Assembly: GCA_963727805.1 (NCBI GenBank)
Contig: CAVSHF010000003.1
Span: 640,001 to 704,000 of the forward strand
Origin: an uncultured Nitrospiraceae bacterium
GTDB lineage: Bacteria > Nitrospirota > Thermodesulfovibrionia > Thermodesulfovibrionales > Dissulfurispiraceae
Direction: 5' to 3'
Length of the DNA stretch: 64,000 bases
Shown: in pieces, positions 29,751 to 40,558 of the stretch
Position numbering within the stretch: position 1 is the stretch's first letter
Layout of the letters: each line of letters starts with the position of its first letter
The notes under the pieces: model-generated
The model's database searches: none
Seen by the model: the letters and a program-made list of their open reading frames with translations, nothing else
Told to the model about the DNA's origin: nothing
Translations under genes and position numbers: made by a program

Positions 29751-31115
29751 ATGGAACAAAACACAAATACGATTACCGCAATTGGTCTTTTTTTCCTCTT
29801 GTTTATGGGAACTCTCTTGCTGGCGCTGCCACGCAGATACGCTCTATTGCCCTTGTTTATAAGCGGCTGCTACATGACACTTGGTCAGGTCCTTATGATA
29901 GGCCCCCTACACTTTTCCATACTGCGAATTTTATTATTTATCGGCTGGATCAGGATAATTTGCAAAGGTGAACTGTCGGCAATCAAATTTACTGCTATTG
30001 ATAAACTCTTTGTAGCCTGGCTTATGATAGGTGTTATTCTGTTTGCATTATCCAGAGGACTTGTCCAAGATTTGGTCGGCCGGCTTGGTCAGACATATAC
30101 TATAATTGGTATTTACTTCTTCATACGTGCGGTTATACGTGACTTCGACGATATTGTACGTGCAGTCAAGATTCTTGCCGTCATTATACTTCCTTTGGCT
30201 CTGCTTTTTGCTGTGGAGTATAGCACCGGAAGAAACCCTTTTTCCGTTTTAGGCGGAGTCCCCGAAATAACTGAAATTCGCGAGGGCCACTTGCGGTGTC
30301 AAGGGCCCTTCTTGCATCCTATCCTTGCCGGAACTATGGGGGCAACTGCGATGCCTCTTTTTGTGGGATTGTGGTCATTCAATAGCAAAAACCGTTGGCT
30401 CGCCGCGGCCGCTATCATGGTAGCTACTGCAATTGTGATTGCATCTTCATCGAGCGGCCCATTTATTGCGTATATCTCAGGCGTGATCGGATTGTTCGTC
30501 TGGACGTACAAGTCTAAATTGAAGTTTATTCTTAGTGGAATTGTAGTGTCATTATTGATCCTGCATTTGATAATGAAAGCCCCGGTGTGGTTTATTATTG
30601 CACGCCTAAGTGATTTAATAGGCGGCGGCGGATGGTACCGTGCAGCCCTGATCGATGCGGCCCTCAATCATTTCGATGAATGGTGGCTCGTTGGCACTGC
30701 ATACACCTCACACTGGATGCCGACCGGTCTTTCTGTCAACATAAACAGTGCAGATATAACGAACCAATTCATTGCTGAGGGCGTTAGTGGGGGCATCGTT
30801 CAATTATTTTTATTTATATGGTTGCTCGTCACATGTTTCAAGAGAATCGCCTTGACAAGCCGTAATGAGAACAAGACATCTGCCACCGAACGCTTCCTAA
30901 TCTGGTCTGTAGGCTGTGCATTACTTGGCCATGTAGCATCCTTCTTCTCAGTATCGTATTTCGATCAAATAATGATCTTCTTCCTCATGATCGTAGCTAT
31001 AACAGCGACTCTAATTGAACTTGATCTATCAAATTCTAAGGTCCGTATTGGCTTATCTGTCGGACCATATCAGCCCCCTAACATATTTTTCCCTATAAAA
31101 AGGAATTTCTTTTAG
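29751..31115 (+). CDS. O-antigen ligase/Wzy-like polymerase membrane protein
   Basis: About 11-12 hydrophobic segments, RCQGPFLHPILAG and SSSSG; EPS cluster context. Confidence 0.78.
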   Translation: MEQNTNTITAIGLFFLLFMGTLLLALPRRYALLPLFISGCYMTLGQVLMIGPLHFSILRILLFIGWIRIICKGELSAIKFTAIDKLFVAWLMIGVILFALSRGLVQDLVGRLGQTYTIIGIYFFIRAVIRDFDDIVRAVKILAVIILPLALLFAVEYSTGRNPFSVLGGVPEITEIREGHLRCQGPFLHPILAGTMGATAMPLFVGLWSFNSKNRWLAAAAIMVATAIVIASSSSGPFIAYISGVIGLFVWTYKSKLKFILSGIVVSLLILHLIMKAPVWFIIARLSDLIGGGGWYRAALIDAALNHFDEWWLVGTAYTSHWMPTGLSVNINSADITNQFIAEGVSGGIVQLFLFIWLLVTCFKRIALTSRNENKTSATERFLIWSVGCALLGHVASFFSVSYFDQIMIFFLMIVAITATLIELDLSNSKVRIGLSVGPYQPPNIFFPIKRNFF

Positions 31116-31795
31116 ATAGAGCTGGCATGAGAGCTAGTAATTAGCTTTTTGAATACCTACATTCCCTACCGTGGGGACAGGGGCGCAGTGATATATACTG
31201 CCGCAGTGCTACCCAAATCACACAATAGTTCACGTGATTTAAGCATAGGTAATGCAGCGAAGTGCTCCGTTAGGTACTGGCTAATCTTGCCAATATGTTG
31301 CGCGAGCCAGGTGAAATTGATGAATCTGCGTTTTTTATTCAAGCTTCGACTGCAGCTGCTAAAAACGGAGGCTAAGAATGCAGCAAAAAGGAACCTGTCA
31401 AGGTGTTATAATAATAAGCTTTGTTAAGGTTAAGTTGATCCAACTTAACCTTTGAACTTTGCATAATATAAGAGCAGCCTGAGAAGCTTAAATAACTATA
31501 ATTCGTATGACAGCTACGATTTGGATGACTACTTTCGTAAACAAGGAATCGATATGATCGTGCTTTATCTAACAAACGTGCAGAAGGAGAAAGACACGAG
31601 ATAACGTAAGCTTCGAAGCGATCAAGGTCGAGTTGTTCGAACGCTTCTGTGCATAGCAATAGTATCGTAGACTCCTTTTCACTGTTAATGCCATGCTGGG
31701 AAATATTTCGGATTTATACAACTCTCTGTACAACTACTCAAACGATTTTGAAATAGATTCTACATATTAAACACAAAAAGAGATAGTCTCGTCGC

Positions 31796-32443
31796 GTGGA
31801 AAATAAGTCCATTCTTAATAAAGACGATATTTATTACAACCAAGACAAGATCATGATCGTTTCCTATTTGCCGGAAGGCAAGCATGTGATATTGGACTTG
31901 GGCTGTGCGACAGGACGTTTGGGGCAGAGTCTCAGAAATGCTAACAAAGCTGCGGAACTTGTTGGTGTTGAAATATTCGGCCCAGCCGCAGAAGAAGCGG
32001 CTAAGCGCTATGACAAAGTCTACACGATTGACATTGAGACTTTCGACCTGCCCTATAAAGAATATTTTGATTTTGTAGTTTGCGGTGATATCCTTGAGCA
32101 CCTGAAAGACCCATGGGAAGCGACCCAAAAAATTCACGGCTGGCTAAAAAAAGGTGGAACGCTTATAGCTACGATTCCCAATATACGCTATTGGCGTGTC
32201 ATTCGCGATCTGTTTTTTTACGGTAAATGGGAATACGTCGAATCCGGCATCCTTGACAACACCCATTTAAGATTTTTTACAAGAAAAGATTTCTTAAATC
32301 TCCTGGAAAAGAAGAACTTGTCAACTGTGCGGCACGATATGTTAATAGATGGTATTAAACAGAATTTATTCAATAAATGCACCTTTGGAATTTTCGAGGA
32401 ATTTATGGGTTCCCAGATAATTGTCGAGGCAAAAAAAAGATAA
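31796..32443 (+). CDS. Class I SAM-dependent methyltransferase
   Basis: ILDLGCATG, DILEHLKDP and GILDNTHLRFFT. Confidence 0.9.
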   Translation: MENKSILNKDDIYYNQDKIMIVSYLPEGKHVILDLGCATGRLGQSLRNANKAAELVGVEIFGPAAEEAAKRYDKVYTIDIETFDLPYKEYFDFVVCGDILEHLKDPWEATQKIHGWLKKGGTLIATIPNIRYWRVIRDLFFYGKWEYVESGILDNTHLRFFTRKDFLNLLEKKNLSTVRHDMLIDGIKQNLFNKCTFGIFEEFMGSQIIVEAKKR

Positions 32444-32445
32444 AC

Positions 32446-33075
32446 ATGACCAGTAATCTGCTTGTGAAAAAAATACTGTACTTGATAGAATATTTTTTTC
32501 ACCTTCTGCAGCGAATACGGTCAAAAATCTACACGTTACTGTTAAGACCCCTTTTTTTTAAAGTAGGAATTAAAGTGACTATTTCCCCGCCGTTCAGGTA
32601 TTTTAATCTTTCACAGATACAGATCGGCAGTTACGTTACCATTCATTCTAATTGTTGGATTCATGTGCTTAAAGGTGATGACGGTCAGACATCTCCTAAG
32701 TTGATAATCGGTGATTGCGCTGCAATTGGAATGGATGCAACCATATCAGCAGCGGAAGAGATAATTATAGAGGAACATGTCATTATAGCGCGAAACGTTT
32801 ACATTTCGGATCATGGGCACGAATTTCATGATATATCCATCCCGGTAGCATGCCAGGGGATAAGGAAAAAAGCTCCTGTCACGATTGGAAGACATAGCTG
32901 GATCGGGCAAAACGTCGTGATACTCCCGGGCGTTACCATAGGCAGGCATTGTGTAGTCGGCGCCAATTCAGTTGTTACAAAAGACATTCCTGATTATTCA
33001 GTCTCAGCGGGTTCGCCTGCACAAATTATCGAACGATATAATCCGGCTTCAGGAACCTGGGAAAAAGTTCGATAG
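32446..33075 (+). CDS. Hexapeptide-repeat O-acyltransferase
   Basis: ISDHGH and WIGQNVVILPGVTIGRHCVVGANSVVTKD; ATG at 32446 lies just after the upstream stop. Confidence 0.88.
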   Translation: MTSNLLVKKILYLIEYFFHLLQRIRSKIYTLLLRPLFFKVGIKVTISPPFRYFNLSQIQIGSYVTIHSNCWIHVLKGDDGQTSPKLIIGDCAAIGMDATISAAEEIIIEEHVIIARNVYISDHGHEFHDISIPVACQGIRKKAPVTIGRHSWIGQNVVILPGVTIGRHCVVGANSVVTKDIPDYSVSAGSPAQIIERYNPASGTWEKVR

Positions 33076-33076
33076 T

Positions 33077-34600
33077 ATGAACAGGACAGTCCGTAATATT
33101 TTATTTTTCTTTTTTGCGGTCGTTGTGGGGAAATTTGTGGGATCCTTGACATCTTCATTGGTCGCTAAATACCTGCTACCAGCGAATTATGGCGTGTGGA
33201 TTACACTATTGCTCATCTGTACTTTTTCACCGATTATCTGTTTTGGTACTGTCGAAACATTGTTAAAAGAAGTACCTTACTACAAAGGCAATAATGATGC
33301 ACAAAAGGTCAAGGAAATAGAGGACGGCGTTTTTAGCTCGATAATAATATCTGCCATTCTTCTGGTTTTAATAGGTCTCAATTTTTACGGGTTCATGCCA
33401 AATCTGCTTTATGGCATAAAGATATGGCAGATCAGCGTCATGTTCCTTGCAGCAGCACTCGGTCTTTTTTCTGCATATTTCTATCAACGCTTTGCATCGT
33501 ATCAAAACTTTAAAATGGTTAGCACGCTTGATTCAGTAAGAGCTATAACGTCGTTTTTTTTTCTTATAACAGGAGCAAGATACTGGGGACTTCCTGGGTT
33601 AGTAGTAGGATATTTCTTGAATGAACTATTACTTTGTACCTTCTCAGCTGTTCTAAACATTCGCCTCTGCGGCAAGATAGGCTATAATTTCAATTGGAAA
33701 TTACAGAGAGATCTCATTAAAATCGGATTCCCTATCACTATCATATGGTGGGTATTCATCGTGCAGGCCGGAGCTGGGCGTATTATTTCGATGTCCATTC
33801 TCGGCGAAACGGCTACCGGTTTTTTAGGCCTTGGAACAAGCATTGTATCTATCATAATGTTAATACCGCAAACGGTTGGGATAGTGCTCTATCCGAAGAT
33901 AGGAGAGAAGCTTGGCAAAGGCGCAACTAAAGATGAGCTGAATATGCTTGTCATGGTGCCGGCAAGATTTTTTGCTATTGTCACCCCGTTGCTCATCGGT
34001 GTCTTATTGATCCTTTCACCTTTTATCTACACAAGAATATTTCCGCAATACAGCCCTGGGCTATCTGCTGTGCAGATCCTTCTCCTTGGAGTTTATTTCC
34101 TGTGCATCCTGCGCTCTGGCGTCAATTATATTATCGGTATTAACAGACAGAACACACTTCTCAAATATTTTCTTTTCAGCTTGATCGTGAACGTCATAGC
34201 CAGCATAGTATTGGTTAAATTAAATCTTAATATTAACGGAATAGCCTTGGGGCAGTCGATTTCGGCTGCAGTTCTGTCGACCTTAATCTGGCGCTCAGTG
34301 TTTGCCAACATGGGTTATGTTGCTTCAGCACAATTCAAAGCCCTTGCTTTTCTTTATCTTCCGTTTCTTATATTGACTGTTTTGGGGGGTATAGTAAAAG
34401 CTTTGACTCCTCAAATCCTAAATCAATTTACTATTTTGTCATATTATTCTGCCGTAATCTTTGTCGTTTTATTTAGTACGTTGATTATTAGTATTCCCCA
34501 TACGCGCAAATGGATTAAAGATATCTATACTATGGTCAGAAGTCGAAGCAAGAAGCCTTATAAAAGCCAAGGATTCGTCGAACATCCCGAGGTGAGCTAA
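33077..34600 (+). CDS. wzx: Oligosaccharide flippase (Wzx/MOP family)
   Basis: About 14 hydrophobic segments, LLPANYG and VLYPK; ATG at 33077 directly follows the upstream stop. Confidence 0.82.
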   Translation: MNRTVRNILFFFFAVVVGKFVGSLTSSLVAKYLLPANYGVWITLLLICTFSPIICFGTVETLLKEVPYYKGNNDAQKVKEIEDGVFSSIIISAILLVLIGLNFYGFMPNLLYGIKIWQISVMFLAAALGLFSAYFYQRFASYQNFKMVSTLDSVRAITSFFFLITGARYWGLPGLVVGYFLNELLLCTFSAVLNIRLCGKIGYNFNWKLQRDLIKIGFPITIIWWVFIVQAGAGRIISMSILGETATGFLGLGTSIVSIIMLIPQTVGIVLYPKIGEKLGKGATKDELNMLVMVPARFFAIVTPLLIGVLLILSPFIYTRIFPQYSPGLSAVQILLLGVYFLCILRSGVNYIIGINRQNTLLKYFLFSLIVNVIASIVLVKLNLNINGIALGQSISAAVLSTLIWRSVFANMGYVASAQFKALAFLYLPFLILTVLGGIVKALTPQILNQFTILSYYSAVIFVVLFSTLIISIPHTRKWIKDIYTMVRSRSKKPYKSQGFVEHPEVS

Positions 34601-34786
34601 AAGGCCACGACACTTCTTCTTGTCACCTCTGGTAACTATTTATGCGAGTCAATTCGCGATATTGATAACTGATTGCTATACCGATATAAATACTTTTGCC
34701 ATGACCGATATAATTTTAATTGTTTAGAATATATAATGGTGTCATTGATATCACAGATAACTGATCATTTATGTTCTAAAATTTAA

Positions 34787-36346
34787 ATGAAAATAGAATT
34801 AGTTGTCAGGAAGGTGGTAAGCATGCTAAAGCAATATCTGATCATGATTGGTGTGATTCTATTGCCGTGTTGTTGTTTCGCTCAGGATATTTATATCGCT
34901 CAATCTTCGGCGGGATCTAACAACGGAGCTGATTGTGCTAATGCTTATGCCATATCGTGGTTTAATACTTCCAGTAATTGGGCTAATCCAAAACGGATTG
35001 GTAAGATTGGCCCCGGAGATACGGTGCACCTCTGCGGCACATTCACTGCCTTCGCGGGTGCAAGCGGTTACCTGACTTTTGCCGCAGGGGGTACAAGCGA
35101 CAGCCCTATCACTCTCCTCTTTCAAAGCGGAGCCATATTGACGGCTCCATTTTGGGGGACAAATGGAGCTATTTACAGCAACGGTAATTCTTACGTGATA
35201 GTGGATGGAGGAACTAATGGCGCTATAACAGCTACCGCTAATGGCACATACTTGGCCAATCAGCAGGACGGAAGTGGAGTATTAATTATTAATGGAAATA
35301 ACTGTACCGTAAAGAATTTAACTGTCTCCAACATGTATGTACATTCTAGCACTTCCGATGCACATGGGCAACTTGTCTATGGGATACAGGTCGGCTCAGG
35401 AAACAATGACTCGATATACGGGAATACAATACATGACACTAAATTTGCAATTCTCTTTAGCTATCCTGGGGGCGGCTCAAACTCTAATGTGAATATATAC
35501 AACAATACTATCTATAACATCGATCATGGAATAGTTGTTGGTGACGGCGATGTTAATGCAACAATGACGACGGCCAATATCTATAATAATGTCATTCACG
35601 ATTTTTCTAATTGGGATGACACAGAACTCAATAATCATCATGATGGTATTCATGTATGGTCTATGCACTCTGGCTCATTGATAACTGGCCTTAACATCTA
35701 CAATAATTATATCTATGGGTCTTGCGGTACTGGATTTAATGCCTCCATTTACATACAAGGAGGCATGGCTAACGTAAACATATTTAATAACCTATTGGTA
35801 GCTACTTCTCCGCCAACATCTGGATATGGGTACTTAGGTCTTGCTGGTTTCGGATATCACATTACAACAGCAGGTTGTTATAACAATACCATTATAGGAA
35901 CAGGAACTAATGTTACAAGCGTAATAAGCATTGAGGATGTTCAAGGAATTACTATTAAAAATAATATCGGGTCAACGGCTGCTGGCATGTTATACATTCC
36001 ATCTGGCTATGGAACAACAATCAAAGAGATTAATAATAATCTTTGGTATAATTGGGGCAGTTCAGGGTTTAACGTCAATGGAGTCATTTACAATACTTTT
36101 TCTGGTGCTAGGTCTTACCAATCATCTACTCTATACGATGCTAACGGCATAAGTGCCAATCCAAATCTCAGCGCTAATTTCAACCTTTATGCGCCTTCCC
36201 CGGCCATTGGCGCAGGAGCCAACCTCACCAGCCTCGGCATCACACCGCTTGATTTTGATCGTATAGGCAATCTACGCGCCGCCACAGGAGCTTGGGACAT
36301 TGGGGCTTATCTCTTCAAGCGGCCATTTCCACCCACGGTATATTGA
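34787..36346 (+). CDS. Secreted right-handed parallel beta-helix protein
   Basis: Signal peptide, PGDTVHL, many IYNNxI repeats and a C-terminal SPAIGAG..WDIGAY. Confidence 0.82.
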   Translation: MKIELVVRKVVSMLKQYLIMIGVILLPCCCFAQDIYIAQSSAGSNNGADCANAYAISWFNTSSNWANPKRIGKIGPGDTVHLCGTFTAFAGASGYLTFAAGGTSDSPITLLFQSGAILTAPFWGTNGAIYSNGNSYVIVDGGTNGAITATANGTYLANQQDGSGVLIINGNNCTVKNLTVSNMYVHSSTSDAHGQLVYGIQVGSGNNDSIYGNTIHDTKFAILFSYPGGGSNSNVNIYNNTIYNIDHGIVVGDGDVNATMTTANIYNNVIHDFSNWDDTELNNHHDGIHVWSMHSGSLITGLNIYNNYIYGSCGTGFNASIYIQGGMANVNIFNNLLVATSPPTSGYGYLGLAGFGYHITTAGCYNNTIIGTGTNVTSVISIEDVQGITIKNNIGSTAAGMLYIPSGYGTTIKEINNNLWYNWGSSGFNVNGVIYNTFSGARSYQSSTLYDANGISANPNLSANFNLYAPSPAIGAGANLTSLGITPLDFDRIGNLRAATGAWDIGAYLFKRPFPPTVY

Positions 36347-36774
36347 TTCTTTTTGAAGAGAGCATCAATGCTATATTTATACACTGTCATAAGACTCTGA
36401 CTTTAATACCTGAAAGCAAGGATTAAGCCTGGGCAGCGCAGGAGACTCTTATCGCATTCTGGATGCGCCAAAGATCACTGCCGAGGGTCAAGAAACCTGC
36501 CCCCTGGGCTGTATAGACTATCTGACAATTCAGGATTGTGAATCGGGAAAGTATGTATACCAGATAAGACCACAAGCGAGGGTAGATGACAGCATTGAAG
36601 ATTTAACCCAAGAACATCATGTTTGCTTTTTTATAGAAAGCCTAATCAGCTGCATTGAATTATGGTTCATTTAATCGCCGAGCAGCCTGTTTAGGCGGGT
36701 GAGCGGGTTCATTATATCTTGCATCATAAATAATCACAATATGATATATTGATGTTCACCCTGTACAACTTAAT

Positions 36775-37422
36775 ATGAGACAGTCTATCATCATCCTCAA
36801 TTTCCACAAAATTGGCGCATCAGTTCATACGGTCACGTCAGTTCATACGCGATTGTTTTACGATATCTTAGATTTAGTCGCTGAGCGCGATGATACGCAA
36901 CTGACCTTCGATGATGGCAACGCCTCGGATATTGAAATTGCCATTCCTGCATTGAAGAGTCGAGGGTTGAGAGGCAAGTTTTTCGTTTCCATAGGACTGC
37001 TTGGTCGAAAAGGATATATGACACGACAGCAAGTTCGAGAAGTCGTTGATGAAGGAATGATAATTGGGAATCACGGCTGGCTACACTCCGATTGGAGACG
37101 GCTCAACAACCTTGAACTCGAGAAAGAACTGATCACTGCTCGCGATGATCTGGAAGAGTGCTGTGGTTGTGCAATTAAATCTGCTGCCATCCCTTATGGA
37201 AGTTACGACCAGCGCGTGCTACGAAAGCTCAAATCTTCTGGGTATGAGCTAGTATATACTAGCGATGGGGGCCCTGCAAATCCTTCGGCTTGGCTTCAAC
37301 CTCGCAATTCTCTGCGGAAAGATTACACGCCGGAAAAAATTGTCGATCTTCTTATGATGTCACAAAAGGGTCGTGCAAATATAATGCACGAATTAAAGCG
37401 GTTTATTAAAAGATTGCGATGA
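36775..37422 (+). CDS. Polysaccharide deacetylase (CE4/NodB)
   Basis: LTFDDG, IGNHGWLH and IPYG. Confidence 0.9.
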   Translation: MRQSIIILNFHKIGASVHTVTSVHTRLFYDILDLVAERDDTQLTFDDGNASDIEIAIPALKSRGLRGKFFVSIGLLGRKGYMTRQQVREVVDEGMIIGNHGWLHSDWRRLNNLELEKELITARDDLEECCGCAIKSAAIPYGSYDQRVLRKLKSSGYELVYTSDGGPANPSAWLQPRNSLRKDYTPEKIVDLLMMSQKGRANIMHELKRFIKRLR

Positions 37423-37471
37423 AAGTACTACCTTTGCCTGGGATTTGTTGTTGGTCTTATTTAATTCTCCC

Positions 37472-38677
37472 ATGATAGGAACGATTTTAGTTGGTTTCGC
37501 TGAGGCCCTGGCGGCCCCTGAAGTTGTCTGGAGCTTGGTTGATGCAGGGCACCGTGTAGTAGCTTTCACCAGAAAGGGGCTGCGTTGCGCTCTTCGGGCG
37601 AGCCGTCATGTGCAGCTCCTTGATATCACACCGCCAGAGGTGAGCCTAGATATAGCCTTATCTGAGCTGAAAGAAATCATTGTACGCGTTCAAGATTGCG
37701 ATCTTGCACGACCGATCATTGTTATGCCACTGGATGATGTAGCATTGTGGCTTGTAAACCAACTTAGTATGGGACCTACGATTTCAATTGCAGGTCCCAT
37801 TGACATTTGTGCGGATTTCTCATTCGACAAGAGTAGGCAAATTCAGTTGGCAACGGAAGCAGGGTTCCAGACGCCTCACACCGTTTGCCTGATGAATATG
37901 GGGCAAGCATCTGAGGTTGAACCGAGATTTCCAGCTATATTGAAACCGATGTTTGCTGTAAGAGAGTGTGAGGGTAAACTAGTGAAGATGCGCAGCTGGA
38001 TTTGTGGTACCAATCAGGAGTGGCAGGCGGCAATTAAAGCTTGGGGAGGGCAAGAACACTTACTTTTGCAGCCTTACATTCGAGGAACTGGTGTTGGCCT
38101 ATTTGGTCTGGCATTGACTAGCGGGTGCACGGTGTGGTCGGCTCATGAACGAATTAGAATGATGAATCCTCACGGATCTGGATCCAGCGCTTGTCGGTCT
38201 ATTTCGTGCGATGAAAACCTAAAGGCTATAGGAGAAAAACTTCTAAATATGATACGGTGGCGGGGAATCTTCATGATCGAGTTGCTGCGTGACGAACAAG
38301 GGACATATTGGTTCATTGAGCTAAATGGACGTTCTTGGGGGAGTATGGCATTAGCTAGGAGAATGGGATTCGATTACCCTGCTTGGGCTATACACATGCT
38401 AACTGATCCTAATTGGCACCCACTCCCTCCGGATACATCCACTCGTAGTGTGGTTTGTAGACATTTAGGGAGGGAACTTATACATTTAGCGTTCGTCGCG
38501 CGTGGCCCAAGATCTTCCGCCTTAACTAATTGGCCACGATTAGGACAGACCCTGCAATCTGTATTGTCATTCCACAAGGAAGATACTTGGTACAATTGGC
38601 GACGCGACGATTGGCGCGTTTTCATATTAGATGTAGTGTTGTTAATGAGAGAACAGCTGTCTAAAATATGGCGATGA
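37472..38677 (+). CDS. ATP-grasp fold protein (putative carboxylate-amine ligase)
   Basis: FPAILKP, LLQPYIRGTGVG, GIFMIE and FIELNGRSWGS. Confidence 0.82.
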   Translation: MIGTILVGFAEALAAPEVVWSLVDAGHRVVAFTRKGLRCALRASRHVQLLDITPPEVSLDIALSELKEIIVRVQDCDLARPIIVMPLDDVALWLVNQLSMGPTISIAGPIDICADFSFDKSRQIQLATEAGFQTPHTVCLMNMGQASEVEPRFPAILKPMFAVRECEGKLVKMRSWICGTNQEWQAAIKAWGGQEHLLLQPYIRGTGVGLFGLALTSGCTVWSAHERIRMMNPHGSGSSACRSISCDENLKAIGEKLLNMIRWRGIFMIELLRDEQGTYWFIELNGRSWGSMALARRMGFDYPAWAIHMLTDPNWHPLPPDTSTRSVVCRHLGRELIHLAFVARGPRSSALTNWPRLGQTLQSVLSFHKEDTWYNWRRDDWRVFILDVVLLMREQLSKIWR

Positions 38678-39444
38678 GCGGGATGCGTGTTCGAGCCGCT
38701 CTACATGTACACTCAAATTGGTCATACGACGGCCATTGGTTCTTGGAGGATCTTGCTGTTACCTTTCGTAGGCTAGGGCTACAAGTTATAATGCTTGCTG
38801 AACATGATCGAGGATTTAATGAAAAACGCTTTCAGTCCCTCCGCGCTGCATGTCTCAAGGCTAGTTCAGCTAATTTGCTTCTGATACCTGGAATTGAGTA
38901 CAGTGATCCTGAGAACATTGTTCACATTCTTGTATGGGGTAACATACCGTTCTTAGGCTCAGGCTTACGTACAAGTGAATTACTAAAGCAGGTAGCAGAA
39001 AGAGATGGAGTGGCCGTTTTGAGCCATCCGACACGTAAGGAGGCTTGGCGATCATTCAATCCGATGTGGCATCAACATTTGTCTGGAATTGAATATTGGA
39101 ACCGGAAAACTGATGGATGTCAGCCTAGCAAGAATGCCACTGCGCTCATTGCACAAACACAGCTGAAAGCTTACGTCGGACTGGATTTCCATAGCAGTAG
39201 ACAGTTGTTTCCGCTTTGGATGGACATTTATATAAGAGGGATACTCTCAGAGATTGAAGTACTTACTGCACTGCGATCGGGATCTTGTGAGTCACGTGCT
39301 TTTGGTTTGCCACTTTCGGCAATTTCCAAGCAACCCTGTCAAAGCTTATTGCAGGCAGCTGATAGCTTTCGCAGGCTCATTGCCAAGCCATATCGGCTTA
39401 TACGCGGTGAACAAAATCATAACGACACAACGAGGCCCTTTTAA
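38668..39444 (+). CDS. PHP-domain metal-dependent phosphoesterase
   Basis: LHVHSNWSYDG, AEHD, PGIEYS, LSHP and GLDFH. Confidence 0.85.
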   Translation: MAMSGMRVRAALHVHSNWSYDGHWFLEDLAVTFRRLGLQVIMLAEHDRGFNEKRFQSLRAACLKASSANLLLIPGIEYSDPENIVHILVWGNIPFLGSGLRTSELLKQVAERDGVAVLSHPTRKEAWRSFNPMWHQHLSGIEYWNRKTDGCQPSKNATALIAQTQLKAYVGLDFHSSRQLFPLWMDIYIRGILSEIEVLTALRSGSCESRAFGLPLSAISKQPCQSLLQAADSFRRLIAKPYRLIRGEQNHNDTTRPF

Positions 39445-39586
39445 TGAGGTGCTGTCCGGAAATAATCCTTATGTTTCATGTCCAATCGAGGCAGTTTATC
39501 AAGACATCGAAGCTGCAGACAACCCTGCTTATAAAGGGTGGGGTAGTCCTCGAGGCTGGTGACCTAAAATACACTATAGAAAGGAT

Positions 39587-40558
39587 TTGACAGTGTCTAA
39601 TAAATGTAAGGACCTATCCATTATTATTGTAAATTGGAATACTAAGGATATATTACTTAAGTGCTTAAATTCCATTGATAACCAGGACAAATATATCAGT
39701 GAAGACGTTATTGTTGTCGACAATGGATCTACTGATGGATCGGTAGAGGCCGTTCATAAATTATTCGCGAATGTTATTGTTATTGAAAATAATGCTAACC
39801 TTGGATTTGCCCGCGCAAACAATATCGGAATCAATAAGAGTTCGGGTAGATACGTTTGTCTTATAAATTCAGATGTGGAGATTCTCGATGACTGCCTGAT
39901 ACGCCTTATCAAATTTATGGACGCTAATCCAAAAATAGGCATTGCGGGCCCCAAAATCCTATACCCCGATTTATCTTTGCAAAATTCATGCAGAAAGTTT
40001 CCTTCTCTATGGAATAAACTAAGCCCGGCTCTTGGACTTGATAAGATATTCAGAAATTCGTCTCATTTCTCCGGTGAACATATGCAGTTTTTCGCGCATA
40101 ATAATAGATTAAATGTCGATTATCTAGCCGGCTGCTTTCTAATGGTGCGTAGAGAAGCTATTGATGAAGTTGGCCTGCTAGATGAACGCTTTTTTATTTA
40201 TGCCGAAGAGGTGGACTGGTGCAAACGATTTCGTCATCACGGATGGGAAATATCTTTTTACCCCGGAGCCACAGCAATTCATCATCAGTGTGCTAGTTCT
40301 TCTAAGGATCCAAAGCGATTTGCCATAGCGCAGCAAAAGGCTACTCTTCAGTATTGGGAAAAGCACCACAGCACCGTCAGCGGTTTGGCGATTCGGATTA
40401 TTCTATTTCTGCGCCATACCCTCAGGCTCTTTTCTAGGGCAGTGCTTTATTGTATAAACAAAACAGACCGTTACAGACTCGGAGAAAAAATAAGGATGGA
40501 CCTCGCTTGTATATTGGCATTAACTGTGAATAAAAGTATGAACAAAAATAAAAGGTAA
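39587..40558 (+). CDS. Glycosyltransferase family 2 (WbbL-like)
   Basis: IIIVNWNT, VDNGSTD, NLGFARANN, INSD and YAEEVDWC. Confidence 0.9.
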   Translation: MTVSNKCKDLSIIIVNWNTKDILLKCLNSIDNQDKYISEDVIVVDNGSTDGSVEAVHKLFANVIVIENNANLGFARANNIGINKSSGRYVCLINSDVEILDDCLIRLIKFMDANPKIGIAGPKILYPDLSLQNSCRKFPSLWNKLSPALGLDKIFRNSSHFSGEHMQFFAHNNRLNVDYLAGCFLMVRREAIDEVGLLDERFFIYAEEVDWCKRFRHHGWEISFYPGATAIHHQCASSSKDPKRFAIAQQKATLQYWEKHHSTVSGLAIRIILFLRHTLRLFSRAVLYCINKTDRYRLGEKIRMDLACILALTVNKSMNKNKR

